Part shown: positions 13,180 through 25,891 of the stretch, piece after piece
Numbering within the stretch: position 1 is the stretch's first letter
Layout of the letters: every line of letters starts with the position of its first letter
Origin: Strigamia acuminata
Taxonomy: Eukaryota
Length of the DNA: 64,000 bases
Direction: 5' to 3'
Assembly: GCA_949358305.1 (NCBI GenBank)
Contig: OX442314.1
Location: 23,436,001 to 23,500,000 of the forward strand
Notes under the pieces: generated by a model
Databases searched by the model: none
Told to the model about the DNA's origin: nothing
Seen by the model: only the letters and a program-made list of their open reading frames with translations
Translations under genes and position numbers: made by a program

Positions 13180-15882
13180 ACGATGTGCGCCGTCGATAAT
13201 TTTAATGTAAAAGAAATTCAAATTTTATGTTTATTTAACTTTAACTGCGTTTTCAGTTTTCGTATACAGAAATGGCATACAAAGGTTATTGACTTGTTCG
13301 CGATGGCCGCGCACTGACCCCTGAATTGAAATCCCTAAACATTTCTGTATGAAGACATTTCTTAAAATAATTGACTTTCCAAGTACATGTCGATACATTT
13401 ATTTTTTCTTCTTTTTAAATTCCATTTCATGCATTTTGTATATGGATGCAACAAAGGTGAAATTGCTGACACACAATAAAAACAGTAATTGTATATCAGT
13501 ATACACTATGTTCATTCAATATATCATTTTCAAATACAAAAAAAATGTCACAGACCCAAAAACTCAGTTGATTCAGTTAATATTTTATAAAAGATATATA
13601 ACATTATTGAAGGGGAAATAAAAAAAGAGTTGATTCGGTGGATTATCTAAAATTCTCATTTTTTTTCTTTCTTTTTAAAACTTCCAATACAAACGCGTGT
13701 TGTCATCAATGTTTATAGAAACTGTTCACAAAACAAGTCGTTGCGTGATTGAAATATTATTAAATTGATAAATAAATAATAAATCGTATCAAAAACAAAA
13801 ACAATATGCGTTTCCAAGTGATTAAAACACCTAAAATATTAATTTATAATACAGAATAGTTATAATGGAGATGTCTCAAATTAAAAAAATAAATAAATAA
13901 AAACAAATTTTCGGTTGGTTGATTTCCATCTTTGAAAATGTCGCCCAACTACGAGCAATCACGATATTAAACCCAGGCCACAAGTTCAAACACAAAACGA
14001 TTCCTAAAAAGATGCAACAATATTTTTTTCCCCAAACAAATAAATAAAACAAAAATAAATTTCATTTTCTTCACCCTTCATCCTCGTGAACAATGTCAAG
14101 ACCAATCTATTTACCTTGAACCAAAACAAACAAAAAAAATGAAAAAATTCTTCCTGGTCCATGTGATGTGACAAGATAAAACAAAAAACCGCGAATAAAA
14201 ACCAGTTTTACCCAAGCTGCACAAAAAAACCTTAATGAACACAGAGGAAGAGACTCCCAGTCTCAAGGATAACACCCGGGAAATAATTCTCGCCTGCAGA
14301 TGGACACTGGCCACTGTCTTCCCGTGGGCCTCGACTCGCCTCATGTGCTTTTCTTTTTCACATGAATGGTTATTCACCCTCCATTAAAATCCACCTAAAA
14401 ACCCCCCCAAAAAACCTCCAAACTCACCAAAAACAAAACAAATCGCAACACTAGGGGCTTTCCATTTCTAATGAACCAATAGCAAGTCATTATTCACAGT
14501 CGTGCAATACGTCACTTCACATTGACACATTCTACCAATAGGGGAAAACGGTCAGTAGTTGGTCATCTACTCATCACTGATGATTTTCGAGAGAGAGAGA
14601 AAAAAATTCCCCACACAGTTAAAACGTTGGAATTAATTTCCTCTGAAGGAAATCAGTGATTCATATCTCAAGGTGTCGCCGCGAGCCACATTGCTCCACA
14701 GCCCCGGGGGAAAGCCGGAAGAAACGAAGGTGGGGCAGGGTGGTGCACCCGGCAGGAGACACTGGCCATCACACTCGTGGGCCATTTTGCCAAGCAACTC
14801 AAGGGCCGCAGCAGCCACGTGCGTTTCACCTGTTGTGCCGACTGCAGGTGGAAAACTCAAAGACTCGATCCGCGGCACAAGTTCAACTCGCAGCACTTAA
14901 AGGATTTAACCAGTCCGCTCTTATCTGCTCGATTCCACATTTAAACCAAAACCATATAATTACATTTTATCCAGCATCAGGTAAACAAAAAATACAAACT
15001 TCTTTTTTTTCTTACACTTTATCCAATTATTCCGAACAAGAGAATTAATTCTCCTCTTGTTTTAATTTTTAAAAAAAATATTTATTTATTTATTTAAAAA
15101 TTCAAATTTCCAACGACAAATTTTTTTTAAAACTCACCGAAAGAGAAAATGACACGGGGACCACTAAAGTCCGTCCGCCGGGGGCAGGGGAGGGTACGCG
15201 AGGCAATGACGGTGCTTGCAGTCGCAATTTGAGTGGCCAGAGGTTTGGAGAAGGAAATAGGTTGGAATACGCGCCCGGTACAACGAAAACTAAAGCTAAA
15301 ACTCGAGCAAAAATGTGTAAAATCAAACGCATTTGCAGCGAATCGATGGCAAAATGCATCTTTGCATGTCCCGAGCGCATAAAGTGCATCGCGCATCAAA
15401 AACTTGGCAAACAAAACCATACACTAATTGCGTGCATTTGTTTTGCTACATCGAGGTTGCGTTTTACTTCCGGCCCACTTAACTGTCAATCACTAGCCTT
15501 CAGCCACTGTCACCAACAGCTCTAGCCAATCACGCACGAGCACTGGCCGAAGGTGAAAAGAAAAAAAAGTGACACAGTTTCCGCAACGTCTGCACCGCAA
15601 CGCTACCTAGCATCAAACGCACAAACTACAAACTAACTTGCAAGACATCCAGCACACACAAATTTGCCCGAAATCTGGCGGCGCCGTAAATTTCGCCCAA
15701 ACTCGCTTCAATCCAAACTAACTTAATTCCCCTTAACCTTGTCCAAATTACCTAATAAGCGCGTGATTGGTTGTTGATTCGCCTTTTTTAATCTCTTCAT
15801 ATCCAATACATGCTAACAACAGCCCGAAGCAAATATGGAAAGCAGGGAAAGGGGCGAGGGAGATGTTTGGCTTCCTGGGCGG

Positions 15883-16907
15883 CAGGTGGGGTCAAGTATC
15901 AGCTAATCATGTACTTGGAGGTGGGGCAGTCGAGTGTATCACAGGACCAGACATTGCATATGGCAAAAGAGAACAAGAAATAGAAAGAAAAAAAAAATTC
16001 AGGTCCCCTGAGAAGCCCTGCCCCGGCCTCAGGTGAGATCTAGTCCAACGCGGTGAAGGCAAAAGCCACACAATTGCAGGTGAGGTGGCACGGGCAACAA
16101 GGTGTGCAACAAGGAGAAGCTCGTGCTTGCTAGTAGTGTAGAGCACACGTTAGGATACGCTATGTGCCGCCTAAACTCGTGGACTTGTTTGCTGCATAGG
16201 GATATTATGTATTTCAGGAGGATTGCTTTCACCTGTAAGTTCTTTTTCTCTTTTCAAATTATTTATCACAAACATCCATAAAGTCATTTAAACTTGATTT
16301 ATATTTTTTTAATCTATCATTTTTACATTATGCAATTTAAACTGATTTTTAAATTGAGTTACAATCAAATGATAAATCAGCACTGAGCCGATTATCGGCT
16401 GATATCGATGACTTCTCTCGAGCGATTGAATACAAACAGCGATCATTTACTTGTAAACGGGTCAGTGATTGTGTGATGGCGTGTTCCACGCGATTACACT
16501 TGACTCAGGGTGTACTTACAGCCAGAAGACACTATAGTTCATTTTTAACAGGTCCAATTTGCCATAAATTCCTCGCAATTCCCCGAGCAGAACTTCTATT
16601 TCACGGGTTCTTTACTAACTAGGCCCCTTTCGCCTTGTTGGGCGCGAACAAACTCCACAGAGTAGAAAAAACGGCTAAACACTATACGTAAGACCGGACC
16701 TCACAAAGACCACTTCACCTGTCCCGTGTAGGAACTTCACTTGAATCCCTCGATGCAGGTGTACGCCTGGGGTCATCCAAATCACAGACGGCTTCCTCCT
16801 TCACGCCACTTGCCCCTTTCCCTTCTTTTCTCTCCATTTTTAATGAATGTCGAATACGAGGCAGGTGAAGAGTGAGGAGGATGGTGGGTTGCGAGAATCA
16901 GCAGGTG
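15883..16907. promoter_or_regulatory. Intronic cluster of CAGGTG E-boxes, candidate proneural bHLH / Snail / ZEB-responsive enhancer
   Basis: CAGGTG/CACCTG at 15883, 16030, 16077, 16230, 16716, 16756, 16862 and 16902, five of them in the GCAGGTG context. Function is inferred only. Confidence 0.5.
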
Positions 16908-17396
16908 AGAGGAAATCGTGTGGTGGCACGAGCGCCCTGCGGCGGTCAAAGAAAGAACAACAATTTTTCATTCAAAACGAACAAACTGATACCGAACACT
17001 TGATACCACCGAGTCATAAATAAAAGCAAGAGATAGAAAGAACAAATTGTAAACTCCGGCTCCGTTGGCTCCGTTCACCCCGCAGCCTAGGCGGGGTCCG
17101 ACGTCAATCACATTTCATTCATTAAGTTTTCCCCACCGCTCTTTTCCAATCTTTTTCGTCCAGGAAGACTTGAGCCAAAGGCTATGGGTCAAATCTCAAA
17201 ATGGAGACATAAACTGACTAATGCTGGTATTATTCAGGGGTGATGATCTCCTTTTTTTCACTCGCATTTTATCGGTTTGAATTTCCTAAAAAGAATTGTT
17301 GCTAATACTTTAAATATACGAAAATGATTGTTTTTAATTATAAACTTTTTAATTGTAATTTTAAATTGTTTTTTTCTTGTATTTTCTCTACTCCAG

Positions 17397-19749
17397 ATTG
17401 GATGAGCATATGCTCATAGACCACTACGGTCAAGAAAACCCCATAGTTGGCGAATACAAGTGCGATCAGTGTCCGAAAGTCTTCAGTTGGAAATCCAACC
17501 TCATCCGTCACCAAGCGGCCCACGAAGAAGGCCGTCGTTACGTGTGCGAAAACTGCCACAAAGTATTCACTGATCCGAGCAATTTGCAACGTCACATCCG
17601 GTCACAGCACATCGGTGCCCGGTCGCACGCGTGTCCCGAGTGCGGCAAAACCTTCGCCACGAGCAGTGGCCTCAAACAACACACGCACATTCACAGCAGC
17701 GTCAAACCGTTCCAGTGTGAAGTGTGTCTCAAAGCGTACACACAGTTCTCCAACCTGTGCAGACACAAACGAATGCACGCCGATTGCCGCATGCAAATCA
17801 AGTGTCACAAGTGTGGTCAAGCCTTCTCCACCGTCACTTCGCTCAGCAAACACAAGCGTTTCTGTGAAGGCACCGGACTGGCCACACCGACATCCAACGC
17901 CAACCACTTGCAACTTTTTGGTGCGTCGACCGCCACCCATGATAATCACAACAACAACAACACTTCTGCCAGCAACAACAGTGCGAGCAAAGTCATGAGT
18001 GCCGGTCCTCAACCGGGTAACAACCCAGCAGCGGCGTTCATGTTTTATCCTCGTCCCGGCTTCCCGTTCTACCACCCGTCGTTAGTCGCCTACCCCATGT
18101 TCGGCGGGGCCGGATTGCATCATCCGCCGTCGCTGCTCACTCCCAACCCCCTCAGTTCCGTTCTGAGCGGCAGCAGGAAGCCCGACTCGCCCGACTCGTC
18201 CAGCATCAACGGAATGAACTCGCGCGGCGCTGCTGGTGGTGTCAACGCCAAAGACGTTATTAAACCGCGCGGTTCGGAAGGCTCCGAAAGTGAAATCTCC
18301 GACGACATCAGTTCGGCCGGTGCCAGCGACGACGTCGACATCTCGACGGCGTCCGATCTGGACTCGGAGAGCGACGCCGACGGGCGCGCTTCCAAGACGA
18401 ACGCTGCGCGCGCGTTGCTCAAGGCGTCTTCGGGCCCGGAAGTCGGTTCGTCTCCCCCGCCGCGGGAGAGCACGTCGCCCAAACAGGCGGCCATGTACCC
18501 AGAACTCAAGGAAAGCATCGCCACCAACGGGATTCTCAGGGCCCTCAGTGTCTCGTGCCCGCAGTCCGAGATGCCCTTTGATTTATCCGTCGGAGGAGCA
18601 GCCAAGGTCCGTCTCAGCCCCGCAGCGAAGCGACCTTCGGAGAACAAGGATGAAGATCAACCCCTGGATCTGCGAGTGGATCGGAAAAAAGGCGCGGACC
18701 ACCGGAAAACGCACATTTTCGGGATAATGGAGCGGCCGGCGGAACGCGTGAGCAGGGTCAAAGAACCGGCGAGCACCACAAACGAGCACCGCCAACTGTC
18801 AATGACTCCAATCAGCATCGGGTCGTGTTCCAACGACGTCCCCCTGTCCCCGACCAAGTTCCAAATGGCCTACCCGCGCCCCATCCACCCGCTTCTCCTC
18901 GCCGCGGCGGCTTCCGAGCAATACAAACCCAAATACCCGCCAGCGTTCCCATCGTCGATGCCATTTCCTCCTACTCGCTTCCCTCCATTAGTGAACCCCA
19001 TGTTGAATGGAGGCGCGAGCGCTTTTGACTTGATCCGCTCCCAGATGGAGAAGATGGGGAAGCCGTATCAGGACGTGTTGGCGCCGCACGCGGCCAAACT
19101 CAAAGAACGATATTCGTGCAAATTCTGCGGCAAGATATTTCCGCGATCGGCCAACTTGACCCGTCATCTGCGTACGCACACGGGGGAGCAGCCGTACAAG
19201 TGCAAGTATTGCGAAAGGTCCTTCAGCATCTCGAGCAACTTGCAGAGGCACGTGCGCAACATCCACAACAAGGAGAAGCCGTTCAAGTGTCCGCTGTGCG
19301 AACGATGCTTCGGACAACAGACCAATTTAGACAGACACTTGAAAAAACACGAAGCAGACGGACCTACCATCTTGGACGATGACTCGCCCAAGAGCTCCGA
19401 CCTCAACGAGAAGGACGACGCTTATTTCGACGAGATACGAAACTTCATCGGAAAAGTGACGGACAACGCGTGCACGCCCTCGCCGCCCTCGACTCTCGGA
19501 GCGCCCACACCCGAGCGAAAACGCACCTCCACGCCGCTCGTCAACGGCAATAATGATGACGCCGTAGCTGGTGGAAAACGAATGCGACGACCGTCCACCG
19601 ACGAGCCTCGAGAAGATCCAGCCGAAACGAGTCCGAGAGAGTCCAGTCCCGTCAATTACGAGGTCATGATGCATTTTAATAATAAAGGGGTAGATACGTC
19701 TGCTGACGGCTCCAAAGAGCTCTCGAAAACAATGGTCATATCGGTGTAG
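17397..19749 (+). CDS. ham: Terminal coding exon of PRDM3/16 (hamlet/EVI1-like) zinc-finger transcription factor
   Basis: ctccAG acceptor at 17395-17396; completes the split finger (LDEHMLIDH). EVI1/PRDM16-type fingers follow: [67 protein letters not shown] and a C2HC finger ending HKRFC. Then PFDLS, PLDLR and RKTHIFG motifs, three C-terminal fingers ([24 protein letters not shown]..., [29 protein letters not shown]) and [10 protein letters not shown]. Stop TAG followed by TAA. Confidence 0.97.
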
Positions 19750-21760
19750 TAACACAAACATCCTTCTCTTTAAAGCCAACTTTCGGTCAACATTCCTCAC
19801 AATTCCTCTTTTATTTTACTTTTTTCTATATTAATCACTTTAAAAATCCCCATTCAAGGCGAGGCTAGTCAACTTTTTATATCCCTAGTATTTTTTTTTC
19901 TTTTTCTTTTTTTTAATTTTTAATTTTAATTTTTTAAAAACCATGCACTCAACGCTTTGACATCTTAATACCAGTTGTACAAAAATTCAAATTTTTAATA
20001 TTTTAGTCTCTTTTTATTTATTAAATACAAATATATATTTAAACCTAACACGCTCTGGAATCAGGTCAGGGTTTTCCATAGTTGGACTAACTTTTAAACC
20101 TAAAATTAATCCTAATTTATACAAATTATTTCCGTTATCGCACGATAATTAAAATTAATCATTGCCCAGTCTTTTATATCCAACCAGCTTTTAAATTTAA
20201 TTAATTTCGGTACAACCGGTTCTAATTGAGTGCAAGGAATCCAAAGGTGTGTGCAATACGTATTAGTGCCCTCCCCCAAATCCATTTTTGTGATTTTTAA
20301 ACTATAAAATTTAAAATTAAAAAACAATAATATTTTTTTTTCTTGTCACGAGCCATGTGTACAAATTGTAATGTTATTTGCAACAAATTGACCAAATTTA
20401 TTCCCTTAAAAATACATTCATTCCCTCAGGATGTTAATTGAAACTATTTAGATATACCTCCCAAAACTCCTTATAAATTTCTACCCTTTTCCACAATGAA
20501 CTGTGTGACGTAGACAAATGACACTTTCAATAATGACGTGTGCGCCGTTTTCAGTGTGACGTATTTTTCTCCTATTTCATGGTGTAAGACGTAATTTTTC
20601 ACGGGGTGGAGTAAAGTTCAATATTTTCTTCAATTCTCTTCTTTCTTATATTTTTTATTTTATGTTGTTGTTGTAATTATTATTTAATGTTTTAATCCGA
20701 TGCAATTTTCCCATCTTGCGTGAAATTTGTTTTTTTACGCAGGACGAATCTCACGAAAAACCGAGAAAAAAAAATTAGGTCTTTTAACTTGAAAACAAAT
20801 TTTAACAAAAAAAATAATTGAAATAAGTACAAAAATAATTATAAAGTGAAGCACGTGCCATAAATGATTCAACAATGGCATAAATTATGCAAAAGTATAT
20901 TGCTTTAAACCATTTAGTAAGAAAAAATGAATAAAAGACAATAAATTGTTTGTCGTGTGGGACAACTGCAGCCAAACAAAAGGTTGTAATAAATAATTTT
21001 TATGTTTTTTTTCCTTTTTCTATTTCTATCTTTCACTTGATTTTTGTTTTTCTCTTTATTACTAAAATGCAAAAAGGTGTGTGAATTTCAACAATGTTCA
21101 AAGACAAATTTTAACCATGTTCACATTGTTCAGTGTGTGGAATTTTGAAAACTTAAAAACAAATATGATAATTTTGAGTTTTTGTATACCACTGTGCTAT
21201 TTACGTGTCTTTTTATGGAATACACTCGAACGACATCAACAATGTTAGATATATTGTTCTAAAACTACATTTTTGACCTATACATAAAAAATAAAAAATA
21301 TAGAGCGAATCTTTGTACAGTTCTAATATATAGAACCACTAGGAATTTTTTTTTTCTGTTTAATTATTTTAAAAAACAAAAATCTACCTGTAGAGTATTT
21401 TTTCTTTATCTTAAAATTCCCCAGAGACAAACTTATAAACATTGTAAAAAAAAAAATAGTAAAAAAAAAAAAAAAAAAAAAATAAAAAAATATTGGAAAG
21501 AAATGTGTAAAACTTTATATTCTTGCTTTAAATTTTACCTTTTTATAACTTAAAAGAATATTATTATGAAATGAATGAATTTACTTCAAACTCAATCAAG
21601 TGTTCGACAAATTTTTTTTCTTTCAGACAAAAATTTGTTGGTATTTGAAATTTATTAATTATTATTATTATAATTATTATTATTATTATTAATTATTATT
21701 ATTATTATTATTATTATTGTAGAAAAATTATTGTACATTCCAAATAAAAACCTCACTTCA
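19750..21760 (+). other. Probable long 3' UTR of the PRDM3/16 gene
   Basis: T-rich sequence after the stop codon with several AATAAA hexamers (about 20930, 20940, 20988, 21290, 21743). Composition returns to A/C-rich after ~21800. The true end needs transcript data. Confidence 0.55.
21654..21718. repeat. (TTA)n microsatellite, imperfect
   Basis: Direct reading of the sequence. Confidence 0.9.
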
Positions 21761-24700
21761 ATTTCCACAAAGGATTTTGAACTTTATTAAAATAACTTTG
21801 AACTTAATTACATTTTTTTTCCGCTTCTACACACCGAACTACACACAATTAAACAAACATAAACAAACCCAAACAAAAAAAAAACTACACAGATAAACAA
21901 ATATGACAAGAAGAGCAATTTTAGTGGAAAAATCATTCTGAAGAAAGGTAATCACTAATGGCAGCTGACAAGAAAATTACTCCTTTTACCTAAAAAAAAA
22001 AATCAACAAACCACAAAATATTTATTTAAAACTCAAAATCCAAAACAAATACACGAAAACTCCACCGAATCCTAGCGGCCACTCGCGCCAGCCCATTACA
22101 ATCCCATCATTTCTCGTCCAAACGAGATTCACCTTTCAAAATAAAAACCACCAAACTTCCAAACAACCTCTGGTACATTTAGGATACAAATAATTCACTC
22201 CTACTTATCCACCACCCATAAATTATCATAGAAAAACTGTCCATCGATTGATAGACATTTTTAGAGCACTCGTGATACGGCGCAAATAATATGTTTTTAT
22301 CGCAACACACGGATGGCATAACAAATAGGACTAACAAGTCCACTCCACCTAAAAACAAGATAACACCAACAACAAGAAGAAGCATAATTCCTGCCTTGAG
22401 GAAACACCCTTGGATCCTCTTCTTGCTAACCTCATTCAACAAGGTGAGGCTACACGAAGAGACTCACTTTGGGAGTGGCAACGAAGGGTTAAACGCAACA
22501 AGGTCATCTTCATCACACATGTTCCCAACCTTGAAATTGCCTTTCATTCCCCTCCAGCTGTTTTGCCCACAATTTTTTTTCCAAAACCATCCTACTCAAC
22601 TTAACCCTTTGCTAAACAAAAAAAAATAAATAAAAATAAATTTCTAACCCCGGCCAAAGGCTATCTCGAATCGCGCATGCGTGTCTCACAATAGGTCAGA
22701 GATGAGTATTGAGGTGGAGACGACGAGTAGAGACAAAGAGTTGCTAGGCCTTGGCATCTCTAGAAGGAGGATGAGTCCATTTGCATTGAAGAGAACTAAT
22801 AAAGGAATGTGGCTACACCTGTCTCCACCCTTTTATCACCAACGGAGAGCAGATTCGTGGCTCCTTCTAAGATTTAGCACCTAAAGGGTTAGCAAGGCCA
22901 CAGCGGTTTGAATAAAAAAAAAAAATAAAAAAAAAAAAAAATAATTTTTTTTTAAAAAAAAATAAAAAAGGTTAATGGAGTTTCAACATTTGTAAATACG
23001 CGCGACAAAAATAAAACATTTTAATCCAATTTAATTTATTCCGCCTCATTGACCTTTACAGTTGTGCCTTTCATACAAACACTTTTTCCTTCCTCTCTGC
23101 CCTACTCCATATGTTACATAAAAAGCAATCGTAGCTTCTTTACGACAAACTGATAAATCCGAGTCGACCACTCAAAGGGGGTCAAACACGTCCCCGCCTT
23201 AGCTCGAGGAGAAGACGACCACAACGACCAAATGGCCAAAGGCCAAGAACCGCTCACCTGACCTCATTCAAAAACACACACACGTCACCCCGGTCATGAT
23301 GCAGTAATAGAAAAATTAATCACACGCACGAAACTCGTCGAAAAAAACGTTTAACGCAAACCAATTCCTTTACAATTAATACCCACACGTCAAAATCTAT
23401 AAAAAAACATTTTTTTTTCTTAAAATTACGACTAATAACGTTCTTTATTAACGGTCCGCATCTACGCTGTGGTATTTCAAACTCTTTGTGTTATTAAATA
23501 TTAAACCGCATGCCGTAACGTCATAAACGTGTGCCCTAAGGTTGTTAAAACACGTCCGTGTTGCCAAAACATTCGCCTATTGTTATTGCCATCGAAACTA
23601 ATGAGAAAACCCTGCGAAAAAAAAAACCAGAAATCATCCATTCGACTAATTAAGCGCTGATAAAAATCTTAAATTGTAACCGCTTAATGAATTACAAGTT
23701 ATTAAGCCAAGCAGTTCAAATGTTTGTTTTTCAGACGTGAAGCCGCGCACTTACGAATCCGTCCGACGCTTAACATCAGCAAAGAAGAAAACTTGAACTC
23801 GAGTAACTTTTTTTTTTTAAAAAAATTATTTCTTCGAGGATTGTAATTTTAAAACTTTATTAGGTTGATATATTAATATTACTTTAACCACGGTACAAAA
23901 AAAAATTAATTCAGCCAAATTAGGTGATTATTTTCCATCGACTTCCTTGTGAAATGTCAATACCACAAACATTCCAATTCAGCCCCAAAATGGACGATTT
24001 CCGCCCTTACCGATGCAAAATAGACTTTTTGCACGTTATAATTCGAGTTTTCGTAGTACAAAAGACGAAAAACTCGATTCCACACTTTATTCTTTATCTG
24101 TTTGAGATAAATCCAAACCCTTTGGGCCAGCAATTGAGAATCCTTGAAATGGGTTCCACCTACTGTATCAGTTTTTCCTCGTAATTACATCAATTTTTTT
24201 TATCAACAATCGGAAATATCTCAATCAAACCCTCCTTTTTCATACAAGAATAATTCTCGTAATGTAAAATACAGCACATAACTCCCCCGGATTCTTACCT
24301 CAACCTATTATTACATGGCCCTAGATGACAAATGAAGCGGATCAAGGGACACAAGTCACATGTCAATGTCCACTACTGTATTTACAGGGCTTTGACATCT
24401 TCAAACAACTGTCTCTATCTACCCACATGACCTCAATAACCCTCCTACAATAAAAAGGCTGAGTTAAATTGTATTTAAATTCATATACAACTAGGTTGGG
24501 TGATGTTCACTTGTCATGCATCAATTTTTTATGCGACCATACCAAAAAAAAAAATGCAAAATAAAAAATTTTCTGCACAAATCTTAAATACCCCAGAATC
24601 CGCTAGAGGGTAGAGGAAGTTCATCCGATGGTGTAAAAATTTGCAATTATAATAAAACTTGTTTTTAAAAGCTTTTTGAAGAATAAAAACATTTAATTGA

Positions 24701-25524
24701 GTTTAAAAAAAAAAAAAAAATTCTCATCTCTTTAACCTCATTCAAAAATTTCAGACACGTTTTACAATATGCTAAATAATAAAAAAAATAAATAAAACTG
24801 GACAAAAACAAATGGGAGTAATTTAACATGGGACAATTTAACCCTCGCAGCCACTCATGCTTTCGATACATTGATCTGATTGAGCGATAACGATCACCAA
24901 AGTGTAAAAAAAGTTTTATAGAATCAACAAACAAGATTATCAACTCCAAACTGAACCTCATTATCGTTCAATTTGCATTAGGTTCAAACAAAAACAATAA
25001 AATTTAAAAGGTACTCGACTCAAAAAAAATAAAATGAAATAAAATAAATAACACTTCAAACTTTCCCACATTAATTTTGTCAATCAAAATGTTTTAAATC
25101 CCTCTAATTATACGACTTTGATAATTGCTCGAGATGTCACGAGAGGACCGATTTACTCATCTCAATACAAGTTAGCATCTCGTTAAAAGAGATAAAAAAA
25201 AAATTATAATAGGCTCAACATATAAACCTTTTTATTATGAAGATCAAGTGTGATTTTCACTTTTCTATATAGAAGTACCTTCAAAACAGGTGTGGTCTTT
25301 GCAATTTACAACCATTAGAAGGCAGAACTCTTAAAATACTAATAACTTAAATAGTCAAAGCTTGCCCTAATAAACGAAAAGTTATGACAATCTTTTTTAC
25401 CCGGTTGATGTTAAATAAGATAAGCAAAATATTGATACATTTTGAGACTTATAGCCATCTAATGCCATAAAAAAAATAACAAAAATAAAAAATTCTAAAT
25501 TCTAATTTTGAAAGTGGCACTTGG

Positions 25525-25891
25525 TAGGGCCGGATTAAATTTTCGGGAGCCCGTGAACATTTTTGACAGGAGGGCCCGCCAAATGACATCTTCACAACAT
25601 TTTCAAGCAAAAATGCATTTTTATGAGAAATAAATTCATTTTGAGCTGAAAAAATTATATTTTCATGCAAACAATATATTTTCATGTGCGAAAAATGCAT
25701 TTTCATGTGCAAAAAATGCATTTTCATGTGCAAAAAATGCATTTTCTTGTGCAAAAAATGCATTTTCATGTGCAAAAAATGCATTTTCATGTGCAAAAAA
25801 TATATTTTCATGTGAAATAATGCATTTTCATGTGAAAACCTGCATTTTAAGACAAAAAAAAATGCATTTTTGGATCCTTAATCTGACCCTG
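25525..25891. mobile_element. hAT-type MITE carrying an internal 21-bp tandem repeat
   Basis: Imperfect TIRs TAGGGCCGGATTAA / TTAATCTGACCCTG; 8-bp TSD GCACTTGG (25517-25524) / GCACTTCG (25892-25899). Confidence 0.7.
25610..25870. repeat. 21-bp minisatellite (AAAAATGCATTTTCATGTGCA)n
   Basis: Direct reading; produces the spurious MKMHFLH-repeat ORF 25449..25811 (-). Confidence 0.95.

Noticed and set aside
14578..14612. CTGATGA...GAAA hammerhead-like string
   Set aside because: The putative stem II is a GA microsatellite, and stems I and III cannot be formed.
16218..16234. Possible 17-nt micro-exon (tttcAG ... GTAAGT)
   Set aside because: Length is not a multiple of three, and the upstream ATG frame would be out of phase with the exon at 17397; no support without RNA data.
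17377..17396. ORF-track start of the 790-aa ORF (MYFLYS)
   Set aside because: It begins at a TTG inside the polypyrimidine tract; the real exon starts after the AG at 17396.
17447..19800. Several 100-180 aa alternative-frame and antisense ORFs over the large exon
   Set aside because: Shadow ORFs of a GC-rich coding exon with no recognisable motifs.
25449..25811. 120-aa MKMHFLH-repeat ORF
   Set aside because: Translation of the 21-bp minisatellite within a MITE.
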